64,000 nucleotides of DNA from Candidatus Latescibacterota bacterium (GCA_965205975.1 OZ242195.1:4832001-4896000); one strand, 5' to 3'. Positions 9,050 to 19,321 are shown, counted from the stretch's first letter. Notes: generated from the letters alone by a model not told the origin. Program-made: numbers and translations.

Positions 9050-10240
9050 TTGAATAATCCAATTTCTGAGTGGAATCGGGACTTTCGGTTGCTGGCGCTT
9101 GCGGTTGCTTCGCAGGGGATTTTTTTTGGTGTGCAGTTGACGCTTTACAACAATTTTGTTGTTGATCGCCTGAATATCGACGCGCACGAATTGGGGTATG
9201 TGGAAGCCCTGCGCGAGGTGTCGGGGTTTATGAATGCGTTTTTTGTCGCGCTGATGGTGCGGTTCGCGCCTCCTGTTGTGGCTGCGATTTCGCTGATGGT
9301 TATGGGTGCGGGGATTATGGCTTATGCCCAGGTTGATTCGGTTTTTTTGCTGGCGGTGTATTCGTTTGTATGGGGTGTGGGTTTTCATTGCTGGATCCCG
9401 ATGGAGCAGTCGATGGCGCTGCTTTTTTCGCCAGAAGGTAAGAAGGGGAAGTGGTTGGGGCAGTTGCGCAGTGTGAATAGTGTGGCGTGGTTGTTGTCTA
9501 TTTTGATTTGTAAATTGGCTTACGATTTTGTAGGGTACAATGGTTTGTTTGTTATGGCGGGTGCCGCTACTGTGGGCGGTGGTTTTGCCATTTTGTTTGC
9601 GTCTCGCAAGCGGCCACCCAACGAGCGGAGTTTTGTGTTTAAGCGGCGGTATGGTCTGTATTATGCGCTGAATTTTTTGCAGGGCATGCGGAAGCAGATG
9701 TTTATTACGTTTGCGATTTTTGCTCTGGTGAAGATACACGGGATGCCCGTGCATACGACGATGATTCTGGTGCTGATGAATCAGACGTTGATTACGCTGA
9801 CTGCGCCGACGATGGGCAAGTTGGTGGATCAGTACGGCGAGCGGAAGATGCTGTCGCTCAGTTATATTGGGTTGACTTTTGTGTTTCTCGGATACGCGGT
9901 GGTGACGCATCGGCCCACGTTGTACGTTTTGTATTGTGTTGATAATATTATCTTTTTTGGCGGGATTGCACTGACGACTTATTTGCACAAGATCGCGCCG
10001 GAGTCGGATCTCAAGCCGTCGCTTGCGATGGGTGTGACGATGAATCATGTGGCTTCTGTCGCGGCACCGCTTTTGGGCGGTTTTGCATGGCACTATTTTG
10101 GCTATCAGGTGATTTTCTTTAGCGGTGCTGTTCTGGCGCTGATTTCGCTGATTGTGAGTCAGTGGGTCGATCCCGAGGGGCAGCTTGAGCGGGAGCGAGA
10201 AGAGATGTCCGGTGGTGTGGCTGCACAACCTGTGTCTTGA
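9050..10240 (+). CDS. MFS transporter
   Basis: About 12 hydrophobic segments, GKLVDQYGER motif; TTG start after GGAGG. Confidence 0.85.
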   Translation: MNNPISEWNRDFRLLALAVASQGIFFGVQLTLYNNFVVDRLNIDAHELGYVEALREVSGFMNAFFVALMVRFAPPVVAAISLMVMGAGIMAYAQVDSVFLLAVYSFVWGVGFHCWIPMEQSMALLFSPEGKKGKWLGQLRSVNSVAWLLSILICKLAYDFVGYNGLFVMAGAATVGGGFAILFASRKRPPNERSFVFKRRYGLYYALNFLQGMRKQMFITFAIFALVKIHGMPVHTTMILVLMNQTLITLTAPTMGKLVDQYGERKMLSLSYIGLTFVFLGYAVVTHRPTLYVLYCVDNIIFFGGIALTTYLHKIAPESDLKPSLAMGVTMNHVASVAAPLLGGFAWHYFGYQVIFFSGAVLALISLIVSQWVDPEGQLEREREEMSGGVAAQPVS

Positions 10241-10254
10241 GCGGAGAGAGGAAG

Positions 10255-12189
10255 ATGGCTGGTCAGGCGTTTGATACATGGGAACCGATGGTTGAAGATG
10301 ACGAGACGATCCGGGCGGCGTTGAAGGATGCGAATATTCCGGCGCTGATGGTTTCGCTGGTGCATTTGACCGGGGATATGGGCATTGTGCGGGGGGAGAT
10401 TCGCCCACGGGCGAGGAATCTGGCGGATCCACAGGCGGGTGTGAAAGAGGAGCAGCAGGCGGTTGTTCGGGAGATTGCTTTTGAGGTGTTGAAATCCTAT
10501 CGGGATCGCGGTTGTACTTTGCCTCCTGCACCGAGCCGGGCGCGGGTTTGGGAGATGATGAATTTTATGATTGGAGAGGAGATTCCCGAAGATTACGGGG
10601 CGTTTTTGGAAGGGGAGTTGTCCCTGAATGGCGAGGATCCGTTTGTGCCTCCGGGTATGGATGATTTGCCCGAGGATAAGAAGAGAGATTTTCGCGTGTT
10701 GATTGTTGGGGCGGGTATGTCCGGGTTGCTGGCGGCGCATCGGCTTCAAGAGGCGGGGATTTCGTTTACGGTGGTGGAGAAGAATGCCGATGTGGGTGGG
10801 ACATGGCTGGAGAATACGTATCCCGGATGCCGCGTTGACAGTCCGAATCACTCGTATTCCTATTCTTTCGTGCCTAAGAATTGGCCGCAGTATTTTTCCA
10901 CGCAGCAGGTGCTTCTCGATTATTTCAAGCAGTTTGCAGAGGATTTTCATTTGCGCGAGCATGTCCGGTTTCAGACAGAGGTTGTGTGCGGGCGTTTTGA
11001 TGAAGAGGGCAAGGTCTGGAAAGTTGAGGTGCAAGACAAGGATGGCGTGCGGCAGACGATTGAGGCGAATGCCATTATCAGTGCTGTGGGGCAGCTCAAT
11101 CGCCCAAAGTTGCCGGATATTGCGGGGCGCGAGTGCTATCGGGGGGTTGCTTTTCATTCTGCGCGATGGCCGTGCGAGTGCGATTTGACGGATAAGCGCG
11201 TTGGGGTGATTGGTACGGGTGCGAGTGCATTTCAGTTTGTGCCGGAGATTGCAAAACAGGCGCGCGAGGTTTTTGTGTTTCAGCGCACGCCGCCCTGGAT
11301 TCAGCCCAATCCGCATTATCACGCGGATGTGCCAGAGGGGCAGCACTATCTTTTGAATCAGGTGCCGTTTTACGCCAAGTGGTTTCGGTTGTTTATGTTC
11401 TGGCGTTCGGCTGAGGGGATGCTCGGTGCGGCGAAAAAGGATCCGGCGTGGCCGCATCAGGAACGCGCGGTGAGCAAGGCGAATGACAAGGTGCGCCAGC
11501 GGATTATAGAGTATATCGAGTCGGTGTTGGGCGACGATCCCGAGTTGATGCAGAAGTGTATTCCGGATTTTCCGCCGGCAGGCAAGCGCATGTTGTGGGA
11601 TAATGGCCTGTGGTTGCGTACTTTGAAGCGGGAGAATGTGCATCTTATTACGGATCCGATTGCGCGTATTACGGAATCCGGTTTGACGACGCGGTCGGGT
11701 GAGGACTATGATTTTGATGTGCTGATTTACGGCACGGGGTTTCAGCCGAGTCGGATGTTGTGGCCGATGACGTTTGAGGGGGTTGGGCGCAGGGATTTAC
11801 AGGCGTATTGGGATGGCGATCCTCGCGCGTATAAAGGTATTTCTATTCCGGGATTTCCCAATTTTTTTTGTATGTATGGGCCAAATACGAATATTGTTGT
11901 GAATGGGAGTATTATCTTTTTTTCCGAGTGCGAGATGAGGTATATCCTGGGGTGTATTAAGTTGCTGATTGAGACGGGATGCGCTGCGATGGATTGCAAA
12001 CGGGATGTTCACGATCGGTATAATGAGCGCATTGATGCGGGTAATCTGGAGATGGCCTGGGGCGCGCCAAATGTTCGGAGTTGGTATAAGAACGAGGCGG
12101 GGCGGGTGACGCAAAATTGGCCGTTTTCAATGCACGAGTTCTGGAAGCAGACGCGGGCACCCGATCCCGAGGATTATGTGTTTGTTTAA
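10255..12189 (+). CDS. Baeyer-Villiger monooxygenase with N-terminal extension (HAPMO-like)
   Basis: GAGMSG, GGTWLENTYPG, YRGVAFHSARWP fingerprint, GTGASA. Confidence 0.88.
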   Translation: MAGQAFDTWEPMVEDDETIRAALKDANIPALMVSLVHLTGDMGIVRGEIRPRARNLADPQAGVKEEQQAVVREIAFEVLKSYRDRGCTLPPAPSRARVWEMMNFMIGEEIPEDYGAFLEGELSLNGEDPFVPPGMDDLPEDKKRDFRVLIVGAGMSGLLAAHRLQEAGISFTVVEKNADVGGTWLENTYPGCRVDSPNHSYSYSFVPKNWPQYFSTQQVLLDYFKQFAEDFHLREHVRFQTEVVCGRFDEEGKVWKVEVQDKDGVRQTIEANAIISAVGQLNRPKLPDIAGRECYRGVAFHSARWPCECDLTDKRVGVIGTGASAFQFVPEIAKQAREVFVFQRTPPWIQPNPHYHADVPEGQHYLLNQVPFYAKWFRLFMFWRSAEGMLGAAKKDPAWPHQERAVSKANDKVRQRIIEYIESVLGDDPELMQKCIPDFPPAGKRMLWDNGLWLRTLKRENVHLITDPIARITESGLTTRSGEDYDFDVLIYGTGFQPSRMLWPMTFEGVGRRDLQAYWDGDPRAYKGISIPGFPNFFCMYGPNTNIVVNGSIIFFSECEMRYILGCIKLLIETGCAAMDCKRDVHDRYNERIDAGNLEMAWGAPNVRSWYKNEAGRVTQNWPFSMHEFWKQTRAPDPEDYVFV

Positions 12190-12195
12190 TTTCTC

Positions 12196-14622
12196 ATGTT
12201 TTCCAACTATTTCACCATCGCATGCCGCAACCTGTGGTCGCACAAGCGCGATACGCTGATCAATTTGCTCAGTCTTATTGTGGGGCTGTCGTGTTGTGTG
12301 ATGGCGATTGTGATTATTTATTGCGAGATGAGCTATGACCGGTTTCATCTGGATGGGCATCGCATTTATCGGGTTTTGCGGGAGCGGGTGAGCAATGAGC
12401 AGACGCAGGTGCGGTGGCTGACTTCGGGGGCGCTCGCCCGGACACTTGAGGCGGAGATGCCCGAAGTTGAGTTGGCGTCCAAAAATCGCATTTATCCGGT
12501 TGTGGTGCGGTATGAGGACCGGGAGCTTACGCTGGCGCAGGGGCAGGTTGACGATCAGTTTTTTGAGTTGTTTCACTTTCCTTTTTTAACGGGGGATGCC
12601 AGCGCGCTGGCGCAGCCGTATCGGGTTGCGATTACGGAGTCAGCGGCAGAGCGGTTGTTTGGCAAAGTCGATCCCATAGGCAAGGTTATTACGATTCGCG
12701 AGCGGTATTACGGCGGCGATTATACGGTTGCCGCTGTTTTGCAAACGCCTCCAAAGTTTTCGTCCCTTCAGTTTGATTTGTTGCATTTTACCAATGGGCG
12801 GACAGTGGAGGCTGTTTTTGATTGGACGCAGTGGCAGGGGCTGGTGCAACAGGCGGGTATTGAGACTTTTGTGCGTTTGCGCGATGGGGTGGATGCGGGT
12901 GAATTCGAAGCAAAGATGTCGGGTGTTATTGAACGGCACATGGGCGCGGATGTGCGCCGCATTCTTTCGTTTCGCTTGCAGCCTCTGGCGCGGTTGCATT
13001 TATATGGGGTGCAGGATTACAATTTGTCTTCGGGTGGCAATGTCCGGGCGCTCTATCTTTTTGCGGCGATTGCTGTGCTAGTGCTGGCGATTGCGGCGAT
13101 TAATTTTGTCAATCTGGCTACGGCGCGTTCAATGTACCGCGCACGCGAGGTGGGGATGCGGAAGGTGGTTGGCGCGCGGCGCGGTCAGTTGATTCAGCAA
13201 TTTTTGTGCGAGACAGTTTTGCTCGCGTTTTTCGCGCTGATTATAGCCGTGCCTTTGGCGCGCATCGCGTTGTCAGAACTCAGCGCGCACACAGACGCGC
13301 ATTATGCTCTTGACGCATCGATGCTGTTCGTGCTCTTGCCGGGTCTTTTAGGGCTTGCCGTGTTTGTGGGTTTGATGGCGGGGGTATATCCGGCGTTTTA
13401 TTTTTCGGGGTTTCGTCCGGCTGATGTGCTCAAGGGTGCGGCGCATTTGCAGGGTGCGCGGCTTCGGCAGGTTCTGGTTGTCGCGCAATTTACTATTGCC
13501 ATTTTGCTTGTGATTGTTGCGGATGTTATTTATCGGCAATTGGACTATATTCAGTACAAGGATCTCGGTTTTGATAAAGAGCATCTCGTTTTGCTGCCGA
13601 TCTTTAAGCTGGATCGCCGGCTCAAGACCAATGAAGATCCCTGGCTCGTGGCACAGTACAATACTGTAAAGCAGGCGTTTTTGAAACATCCCAATATTGT
13701 TTCGGTGTCTGCTTTTCGCTTTTTGCCCGGGCGTGATGGCGGTGGTTTTGTGCGGATTGTTAAACCGGAAGGTCAGGATCATACTGAGTGGCGAATGCCC
13801 GTGCAGGAGGCTGATGAAGATTTTTTTGCCACTTTCGGTGTGTCTATTTTGGCTGGTCGCACGTTTTCACCCGGGGTTGAGCGCGATCGCACGCATGCGT
13901 ATATTCTCAATGAGACTGCTGTGCGTGCGCTTGGCTGGACAGTGGAGGACGCTGTGGGACGGCGTTTTGGGCGTGCGCGTTCAGAAGAGGATGCCAAAGG
14001 TACTGTGATTGGTGTGATTGCAGATTTTCACTACGCTTCTCTTCGCGAACCGATTGGTCCGGCGGTTTTTGCTTATCGGCAGTGGTTTTTCGATTATCTG
14101 GCGTTGCGGGTGCGCGATTTTCCAGAGGTTCGACCTTTTCTCGAGGAGACCTGGGATACATTTATGCCAGTAGATAAGCCTTTTGAGTTTACATTTCTCG
14201 ATGGGGAACTCGATGCAATTTATCGGGTGGAAAGGGTTTTGGGGCAGGCTGTTACCGCTTTTGCCGGGTTGGTGTGTTTGCTGGCGTGTTTGGGTTTGTT
14301 CGGGCTGGCGGCTTTTACGGCTGAACGCCGCAGGCGCGAGATTGGTATTCGCAAGGTGCTCGGTGCGTCTGTTTCAAGTGTTGTTTTACTGGTGTCAATA
14401 GCGTTTTTGAAGCTGGTGCTTGTCGCCAATCTCATTGCCTGGCCCATTGCTTATTATTTGACAAATACCTATTTGCAAAATTTTGCGTATCGCACAACGC
14501 TCAGTTTGTGGCCGTTTGTGTTTGCGGGTTTGCTCGCACTTTTAATTGCGCTTTTGACCGTTGGTACGCAGGCGTTCAGGGTTGCGCATACTAATCCGGT
14601 AGAAATACTGCGGCATGAGTAG
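12196..14622 (+). CDS. ABC transporter permease (MacB-PCD/FtsX, duplicated)
   Basis: RAREVGMRKVVGA and RRREIGIRKVLGAS, two periplasmic domains. Confidence 0.9.
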   Translation: MFSNYFTIACRNLWSHKRDTLINLLSLIVGLSCCVMAIVIIYCEMSYDRFHLDGHRIYRVLRERVSNEQTQVRWLTSGALARTLEAEMPEVELASKNRIYPVVVRYEDRELTLAQGQVDDQFFELFHFPFLTGDASALAQPYRVAITESAAERLFGKVDPIGKVITIRERYYGGDYTVAAVLQTPPKFSSLQFDLLHFTNGRTVEAVFDWTQWQGLVQQAGIETFVRLRDGVDAGEFEAKMSGVIERHMGADVRRILSFRLQPLARLHLYGVQDYNLSSGGNVRALYLFAAIAVLVLAIAAINFVNLATARSMYRAREVGMRKVVGARRGQLIQQFLCETVLLAFFALIIAVPLARIALSELSAHTDAHYALDASMLFVLLPGLLGLAVFVGLMAGVYPAFYFSGFRPADVLKGAAHLQGARLRQVLVVAQFTIAILLVIVADVIYRQLDYIQYKDLGFDKEHLVLLPIFKLDRRLKTNEDPWLVAQYNTVKQAFLKHPNIVSVSAFRFLPGRDGGGFVRIVKPEGQDHTEWRMPVQEADEDFFATFGVSILAGRTFSPGVERDRTHAYILNETAVRALGWTVEDAVGRRFGRARSEEDAKGTVIGVIADFHYASLREPIGPAVFAYRQWFFDYLALRVRDFPEVRPFLEETWDTFMPVDKPFEFTFLDGELDAIYRVERVLGQAVTAFAGLVCLLACLGLFGLAAFTAERRRREIGIRKVLGASVSSVVLLVSIAFLKLVLVANLIAWPIAYYLTNTYLQNFAYRTTLSLWPFVFAGLLALLIALLTVGTQAFRVAHTNPVEILRHE

Positions 14623-14729
14623 GTGTGCAACAGGATTTAAGTCGCAGCACAACGCCAGTAATCCAGAGGAACTCACGCCTTTCTAATACGTATAATATTG
14701 AAATTGATCACTACTACGGAGGTCCTCCC

Positions 14730-15149
14730 ATGTTTTTTACTCTTCTTCTCATCACTCTCGTAGTCGCCGCTCTCGTATCTTTTATTGCTGTGCGTGCGTT
14801 TAGCAGCGCGATTACCAGTATTCTTCACCGGCTTATTGATGATGCGATAGCAAGCGCGTGGGTGCGCTATATGAAGTTTGCGATTTTTGTGGTGGGTATT
14901 TCTGGCGGTGTGCGCGTCCGTTCGCTGGAGCGTTATATTTTGCCGCAGGAGCATTTCGACTCCGCAGGTGAATCCCGCGATATGCCTCCTTTTGAGCTGA
15001 CGACCGAACGCTGGGTGCTCGAGATCTATCGCACGATTATCGAATCTCTGCAATCTATCGCGTGGATGTTGCTCGTCTTTTTTATTGTTTCGCTCGGTAT
15101 GTACATTGTCGTGCGTATTTTTGAAATGCGCCAGGGGACGAACGAGTGA
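14730..15149 (+). CDS. Hypothetical membrane protein
   Basis: Three hydrophobic segments; GGAGG before ATG 14730. Confidence 0.65.
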   Translation: MFFTLLLITLVVAALVSFIAVRAFSSAITSILHRLIDDAIASAWVRYMKFAIFVVGISGGVRVRSLERYILPQEHFDSAGESRDMPPFELTTERWVLEIYRTIIESLQSIAWMLLVFFIVSLGMYIVVRIFEMRQGTNE

Positions 15150-15219
15150 TGAGTAGAGAGGGGCGATAAAGCGGTGGACATCGGATTGTAGCGAATTATA
15201 TTGACGCAAAGGGTCTGGT

Positions 15220-15750
15220 ATGGAGAAAACAGAAAAAAAAGTGATACCGGGCTGGACTGGGAGATGCTATGAGGATTTCGAGGTGGGCGAAGTCTACCGA
15301 AGCCGGTTCGGGCGGACGGTGACGACGACTGATAATCAGTTGTTCACGCACCTGACCCTGAATACCAATCCGCTTCACTTTGACGAGGAGTACGCCCGCC
15401 GGACGCGGTGGGGAAAGATCCTGGTGAATAGCACGTTTACGCTCGCGCTGGTCGTGGGGATGAGTGTCCCGGATGTGAGCGAGCGGGCGATGGCGAACCT
15501 GGGTTGGAGCGAGATCAGGCTTCCGAACCCGGTATTTGTGGGCGATACGCTCTATTGCGAGACGGAGGTGCTCGCCAGGCGAGAGTCGAAGTCTTACCCG
15601 GAAGCGGGCATCGTGAAGGTGCGTACGCGGGGCGTGAATCAGGACGGCCGCGTCGTCATAGATCTGACTCGCAGCGTGATGGTCTATAAAAGGGCGCACG
15701 CGCCGTTGGAGGATACTTTTCCCGAAATTCACGAGGAGAAAGACGGGTGA
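15220..15750 (+). CDS. MaoC-family (R)-specific enoyl-CoA hydratase (Ich/RipB-like)
   Basis: YEDFEVGE, GRTVTTTDN, NPLHFD, PVFVGDTL. Confidence 0.88.
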   Translation: MEKTEKKVIPGWTGRCYEDFEVGEVYRSRFGRTVTTTDNQLFTHLTLNTNPLHFDEEYARRTRWGKILVNSTFTLALVVGMSVPDVSERAMANLGWSEIRLPNPVFVGDTLYCETEVLARRESKSYPEAGIVKVRTRGVNQDGRVVIDLTRSVMVYKRAHAPLEDTFPEIHEEKDG

Positions 15751-16604
15751 AGTCGATGCGGTCCTGGCTTTTTGTGCCGGGGCACCGGCAGCGGATGATC
15801 GACAAGGCTCTGGGCCTGCCGGCGGATGTGCTGATATTCGATCTGGAGGACGGCGTCCCGAAGGCTGAGAAGGGCGTTGCGCGCGGTCGTGTCGCTGCCG
15901 CGCTGGACGGCGCACGTGGCGGTTCAAGGCGGTTCGTTAGAGTTCACGAGGCCGGTTCATCCGAATTGGACGCCGATTTGCAGGCGATTGCGCGTGCGGG
16001 GCTGCAGGGACTCGTGTTGCCCAAAGTGCAGGGACCGGAGGATGTGCTTCAGGTGTGCCAGTGGCTGGACCAGCACGAGACCAGAGCGGGTATTCCATCT
16101 GGAGGCGTCGGGCTTCTGGCAACCATTGAGAGTGCCCGAGGTCTGGTTCAGGCGCCTGCGATCGCATCCGTCACACCCAGGCTGGTGGGGCTTATGTTCG
16201 GCGCGGAGGATTTCGCGTTGGATATGGGCCTCTTTTCGCATCCGGGACAGGGATTGGTCAACTACGCCCGATCGGCGCTGGCGGTGGCTGCGGTAAGCGG
16301 AAAAATTTGGGCTATAGACAAGGTGTTTACGGATATCAGCGATCCTGACGGGCTGGCCGCGGAGGCGCGGCAAGCCCGGGTTCTGGGGTTTGCCGGAAAA
16401 GCCGTGATCCATCCGGGTCAGGTTGGGGCGGTGAATGAAATTTTCGGTCCCACGGAGGCCGAGGAGAGGTGGGCACGGCGAATTGTTGAGGCTTTTGAAG
16501 GGCGGGTGGACGAAGGCCCGGCGACTGTAGATGGCCGGATGGTAGATAGGCCGATTCTGGAACGGGCGCGATGGATTCTGGATCGCCTTGAGGAAGAGGG
16601 TTAA
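15747..16604 (+). CDS. CitE/HpcH-family CoA-ester lyase (Ccl/RipC-like)
   Basis: RSWLFVPG, DLEDGVP, LPKV, IESARG, GAEDF, GKAVIHPGQ, GRMVDRP. Confidence 0.9.
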   Translation: MKSMRSWLFVPGHRQRMIDKALGLPADVLIFDLEDGVPKAEKGVARGRVAAALDGARGGSRRFVRVHEAGSSELDADLQAIARAGLQGLVLPKVQGPEDVLQVCQWLDQHETRAGIPSGGVGLLATIESARGLVQAPAIASVTPRLVGLMFGAEDFALDMGLFSHPGQGLVNYARSALAVAAVSGKIWAIDKVFTDISDPDGLAAEARQARVLGFAGKAVIHPGQVGAVNEIFGPTEAEERWARRIVEAFEGRVDEGPATVDGRMVDRPILERARWILDRLEEEG

Positions 16605-16605
16605 A

Positions 16606-17811
16606 TTGCACGATCAAAACCAACACCCACCCCTGGATGGAATAAGGATTGTCTCGGTGGAGCAGTTCGGAGCGGGACCGTGGGCAACGATGATGTTGGC
16701 GGACCTTGGGGCGGAAGTCATCAAGGTCGAGAATCCCGAGACAGGTGGCGATGTCGCGCGTTACGTGCCTCCCTATACCGCTGAACAGGATAGCGTGTAT
16801 TTCCAGAGTTTCAATCGGAACAAGAAGAGTATGACGCTGAATTTGCAGCATCCGGGAGGGCGGGAGGTGTTGCATCGGCTGGTGGGGATTTCGGATGGGG
16901 TGTTCAACAACCTGCGCGGAGATCTTCCATCCCGGCTGGGTCTGGATTATTCGGCGCTGAGTGCAATCAAGGCTTCAATTGTATGCTGCTCGCTTTCCGC
17001 GTTCGGACGGCATGGGTCTCGAGCGGGCGAACCGGGATACGATTATTTGATGCAGGGATATGCCGGATGGATGAGTCTTACGGGCGAGCCTGACGGTCCG
17101 CCGACAAAAACAGGACTTTCCCTCGTAGATCTCGGCGCGGGCACAATGGCGTCCCTGGGCATGGTCAGCGCGATTTTCCGCGCCAGACAGACGGGTCTGG
17201 GGTGCGACGTAGATGTGAATCTGTTCGATACGGCGCTGGCGAATCTGGGATATGTGGCGGCGTGGTTCCTGACCAGAGGGTATCAGGCGCATCGGACGCC
17301 CGATTCTTCTCATCCGTCACAGATCCCGTCGCAGGTGGTGCCGACCAAGGACGGATGGCTCGTGATCATGTGCGCCAAGGAGAAGTTCTTTCAAAATCTG
17401 GTAAGTATTCTGGGGGTGCCGGAACTGGCGGAAGATCCCCGGTTCTGCTCTTTTTCAGATCGCCTAAAGAATCGGGACATTCTGGTTCCGATTCTGAAGG
17501 ATCTCTTCCGCAAGAAGACAACCGCCGATTGGCTGGCGCTGCTCAAGGGCAAGGTGCCTTGCGCGCCCGTGAATACGGTTGAGCAGGCTTTTGCCGACCC
17601 GCAGGTGGCCGAGGATAATATGATACTGGCGTTGCCGCATCCGGAGTTCGGAGCCGTCCGGGTGGTGGCGAGTCCCATAGAGGTCGGTGGTGGATCGGTT
17701 GAACCCCGGCGCGGGCCTTCACTGGGAGAACACAACGAGCCGATTCTGGGCGAATATCTCGGATATTCAATGTCAGAGATTGAGAAACTCCGAAGCGACG
17801 GCGCCATTTGA
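16606..17811 (+). CDS. Family III CoA-transferase (CaiB/BaiF)
   Basis: AGPWATMMLADLGAEVIKVE, NRNKKS, PGYD, LVDLGAG, GPSLGEH; start approximate. Confidence 0.92.
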   Translation: MHDQNQHPPLDGIRIVSVEQFGAGPWATMMLADLGAEVIKVENPETGGDVARYVPPYTAEQDSVYFQSFNRNKKSMTLNLQHPGGREVLHRLVGISDGVFNNLRGDLPSRLGLDYSALSAIKASIVCCSLSAFGRHGSRAGEPGYDYLMQGYAGWMSLTGEPDGPPTKTGLSLVDLGAGTMASLGMVSAIFRARQTGLGCDVDVNLFDTALANLGYVAAWFLTRGYQAHRTPDSSHPSQIPSQVVPTKDGWLVIMCAKEKFFQNLVSILGVPELAEDPRFCSFSDRLKNRDILVPILKDLFRKKTTADWLALLKGKVPCAPVNTVEQAFADPQVAEDNMILALPHPEFGAVRVVASPIEVGGGSVEPRRGPSLGEHNEPILGEYLGYSMSEIEKLRSDGAI

Positions 17812-17815
17812 ATTT

Positions 17816-19183
17816 TCAGGCATCGGGCAGTTGGGTTCGCAATGCGAATTTTTCTTCAGGTGTTCCCGCGTCTTTTAATACTTCCAGATACGCTTTGTGC
17901 AGTCGCTGTGCTTCGGCCATGTTTTGCTGGTTATACACGTTGTTCTTTTGCGCGAGGTCTGTTTGGAGGTCGTATAGTTCTGCTGGCCAGTTGGGTCCGC
18001 GATAGTGCAAGGTCCAGTTGCCGTCTGTGATGCTGGAGCACACGCTGCGGTCTTCGCGCACTGGCAGGGTTGCCGATGTGACTGCGACTTTCCGTTGTTC
18101 TTCTGCTTTTTCGCCTTTTAAGATGGGGGCGACGGATATGCCGTGCAGGCCATCGGGTTTTTTTATGCCTGCCAGATCGAGAATTGTGGGCATGAAATCG
18201 ACGGGTTGTGTCAGGACTTTTGTGCGTTTGCCCGCTGCGTTGCTGCCGGGTACATATCCCATAAAGGCTGTGTGGGATACTTCTTCGTAATAGGGCCAGT
18301 CGCCGTCTGGTCCCTGTCCGCTTTTGCCAATGCGTCCGTGGTCTCCGATGTAGTGTCCGTGATCGGACATGAAGATCACGGCTGTGTCTTCCCAGAGATT
18401 CAGGTTTTCTACTTTTTCCAACAGGTGACCGACCCAGGTGTCCATGAGTGTGACTTCACCTGCGTATAGCGCGCGCGTGTGTTTGATTTCTTCTGTGCTC
18501 AGGTAATCGCAATAGTCGTAAATGGGATGGTCGATGACTTCGCCTGTGTATCCGGGGTTGTACATATTGACGTAGTGCGCGGGGGGATCCCACGGTTCGT
18601 GGGGGTCGAAGGTGTCGATGTAGAGGAAGAATTTTTCGTGGGTGTGGTTTGCTTCCAGCCAGTCTGCGGCGCGTTGCATGGTGCGTGCGACAAAGGTGTC
18701 GCGTTCTGTTTCCCAGTGTGCTGCACGCCAGCGATAGTGATATTGTTGCATGCGCTCAGGTGTGCGAATTTTTTCGGGGACTGATTCGAAGGGGACGGGT
18801 ATATCATCTGTGATTGAGCGGTCGCCTTCTTGCCCGCGAATCCATTCCCAGCCCAAAAATCCGCGGTCAAATTGATGTCCGTCTCTTACCAGGTGCGGTG
18901 TGTCGCATAAGAGCATGGTGACATATCCCGCGTCTGTGAGGAGTTCGGATAAGATGACTTCATCTTCGGGAAGTGGCGTCCAGCCACGGAAGGGAAAGGT
19001 GAGTCTGCCGGTCATCATGTCTGTGCGCGTGGGTATTGTTGGGAATGATGCCTGATACGCGCGGTCAAAGATCATGCAGCGTTTGGAGAATGCGTCTATA
19101 TGCGGTGTGCGGATCCATGGATTTCCGTGACAGCCCAGGTGATCGTAACGCAGGGTATCGGACATTACGACGATGATGTTCAT
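17816..19183 (-). CDS. Sulfatase-fold hydrolase with Thr at the formylglycine position
   Basis: MSDTLRYDHLG, SFPTIPTR, FDPHEPW, SDHG, ELYDL. Confidence 0.85.
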   Translation of the reverse strand: MNIIVVMSDTLRYDHLGCHGNPWIRTPHIDAFSKRCMIFDRAYQASFPTIPTRTDMMTGRLTFPFRGWTPLPEDEVILSELLTDAGYVTMLLCDTPHLVRDGHQFDRGFLGWEWIRGQEGDRSITDDIPVPFESVPEKIRTPERMQQYHYRWRAAHWETERDTFVARTMQRAADWLEANHTHEKFFLYIDTFDPHEPWDPPAHYVNMYNPGYTGEVIDHPIYDYCDYLSTEEIKHTRALYAGEVTLMDTWVGHLLEKVENLNLWEDTAVIFMSDHGHYIGDHGRIGKSGQGPDGDWPYYEEVSHTAFMGYVPGSNAAGKRTKVLTQPVDFMPTILDLAGIKKPDGLHGISVAPILKGEKAEEQRKVAVTSATLPVREDRSVCSSITDGNWTLHYRGPNWPAELYDLQTDLAQKNNVYNQQNMAEAQRLHKAYLEVLKDAGTPEEKFALRTQLPDA

Positions 19184-19321
19184 GTGTGACCCTCCCAAAA
19201 AGGTTTCTGAATGCTGAAAATTGAGCTTGTGTAAAATAATTCCTTTTTTAAAATCTGCAACACGAACACCAGTCGGTTCAAAATGGTGTTGTTGTTTGTA
19301 TATTTTTTTGTCTATGTTTTT

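Noticed and set aside
9002..11643. Long minus-strand ORFs of 509 aa and 494 aa
   Set aside because: Antisense shadows of the MFS and BVMO genes; no motifs, His/Arg/Pro/Gln-rich composition expected from strand skew
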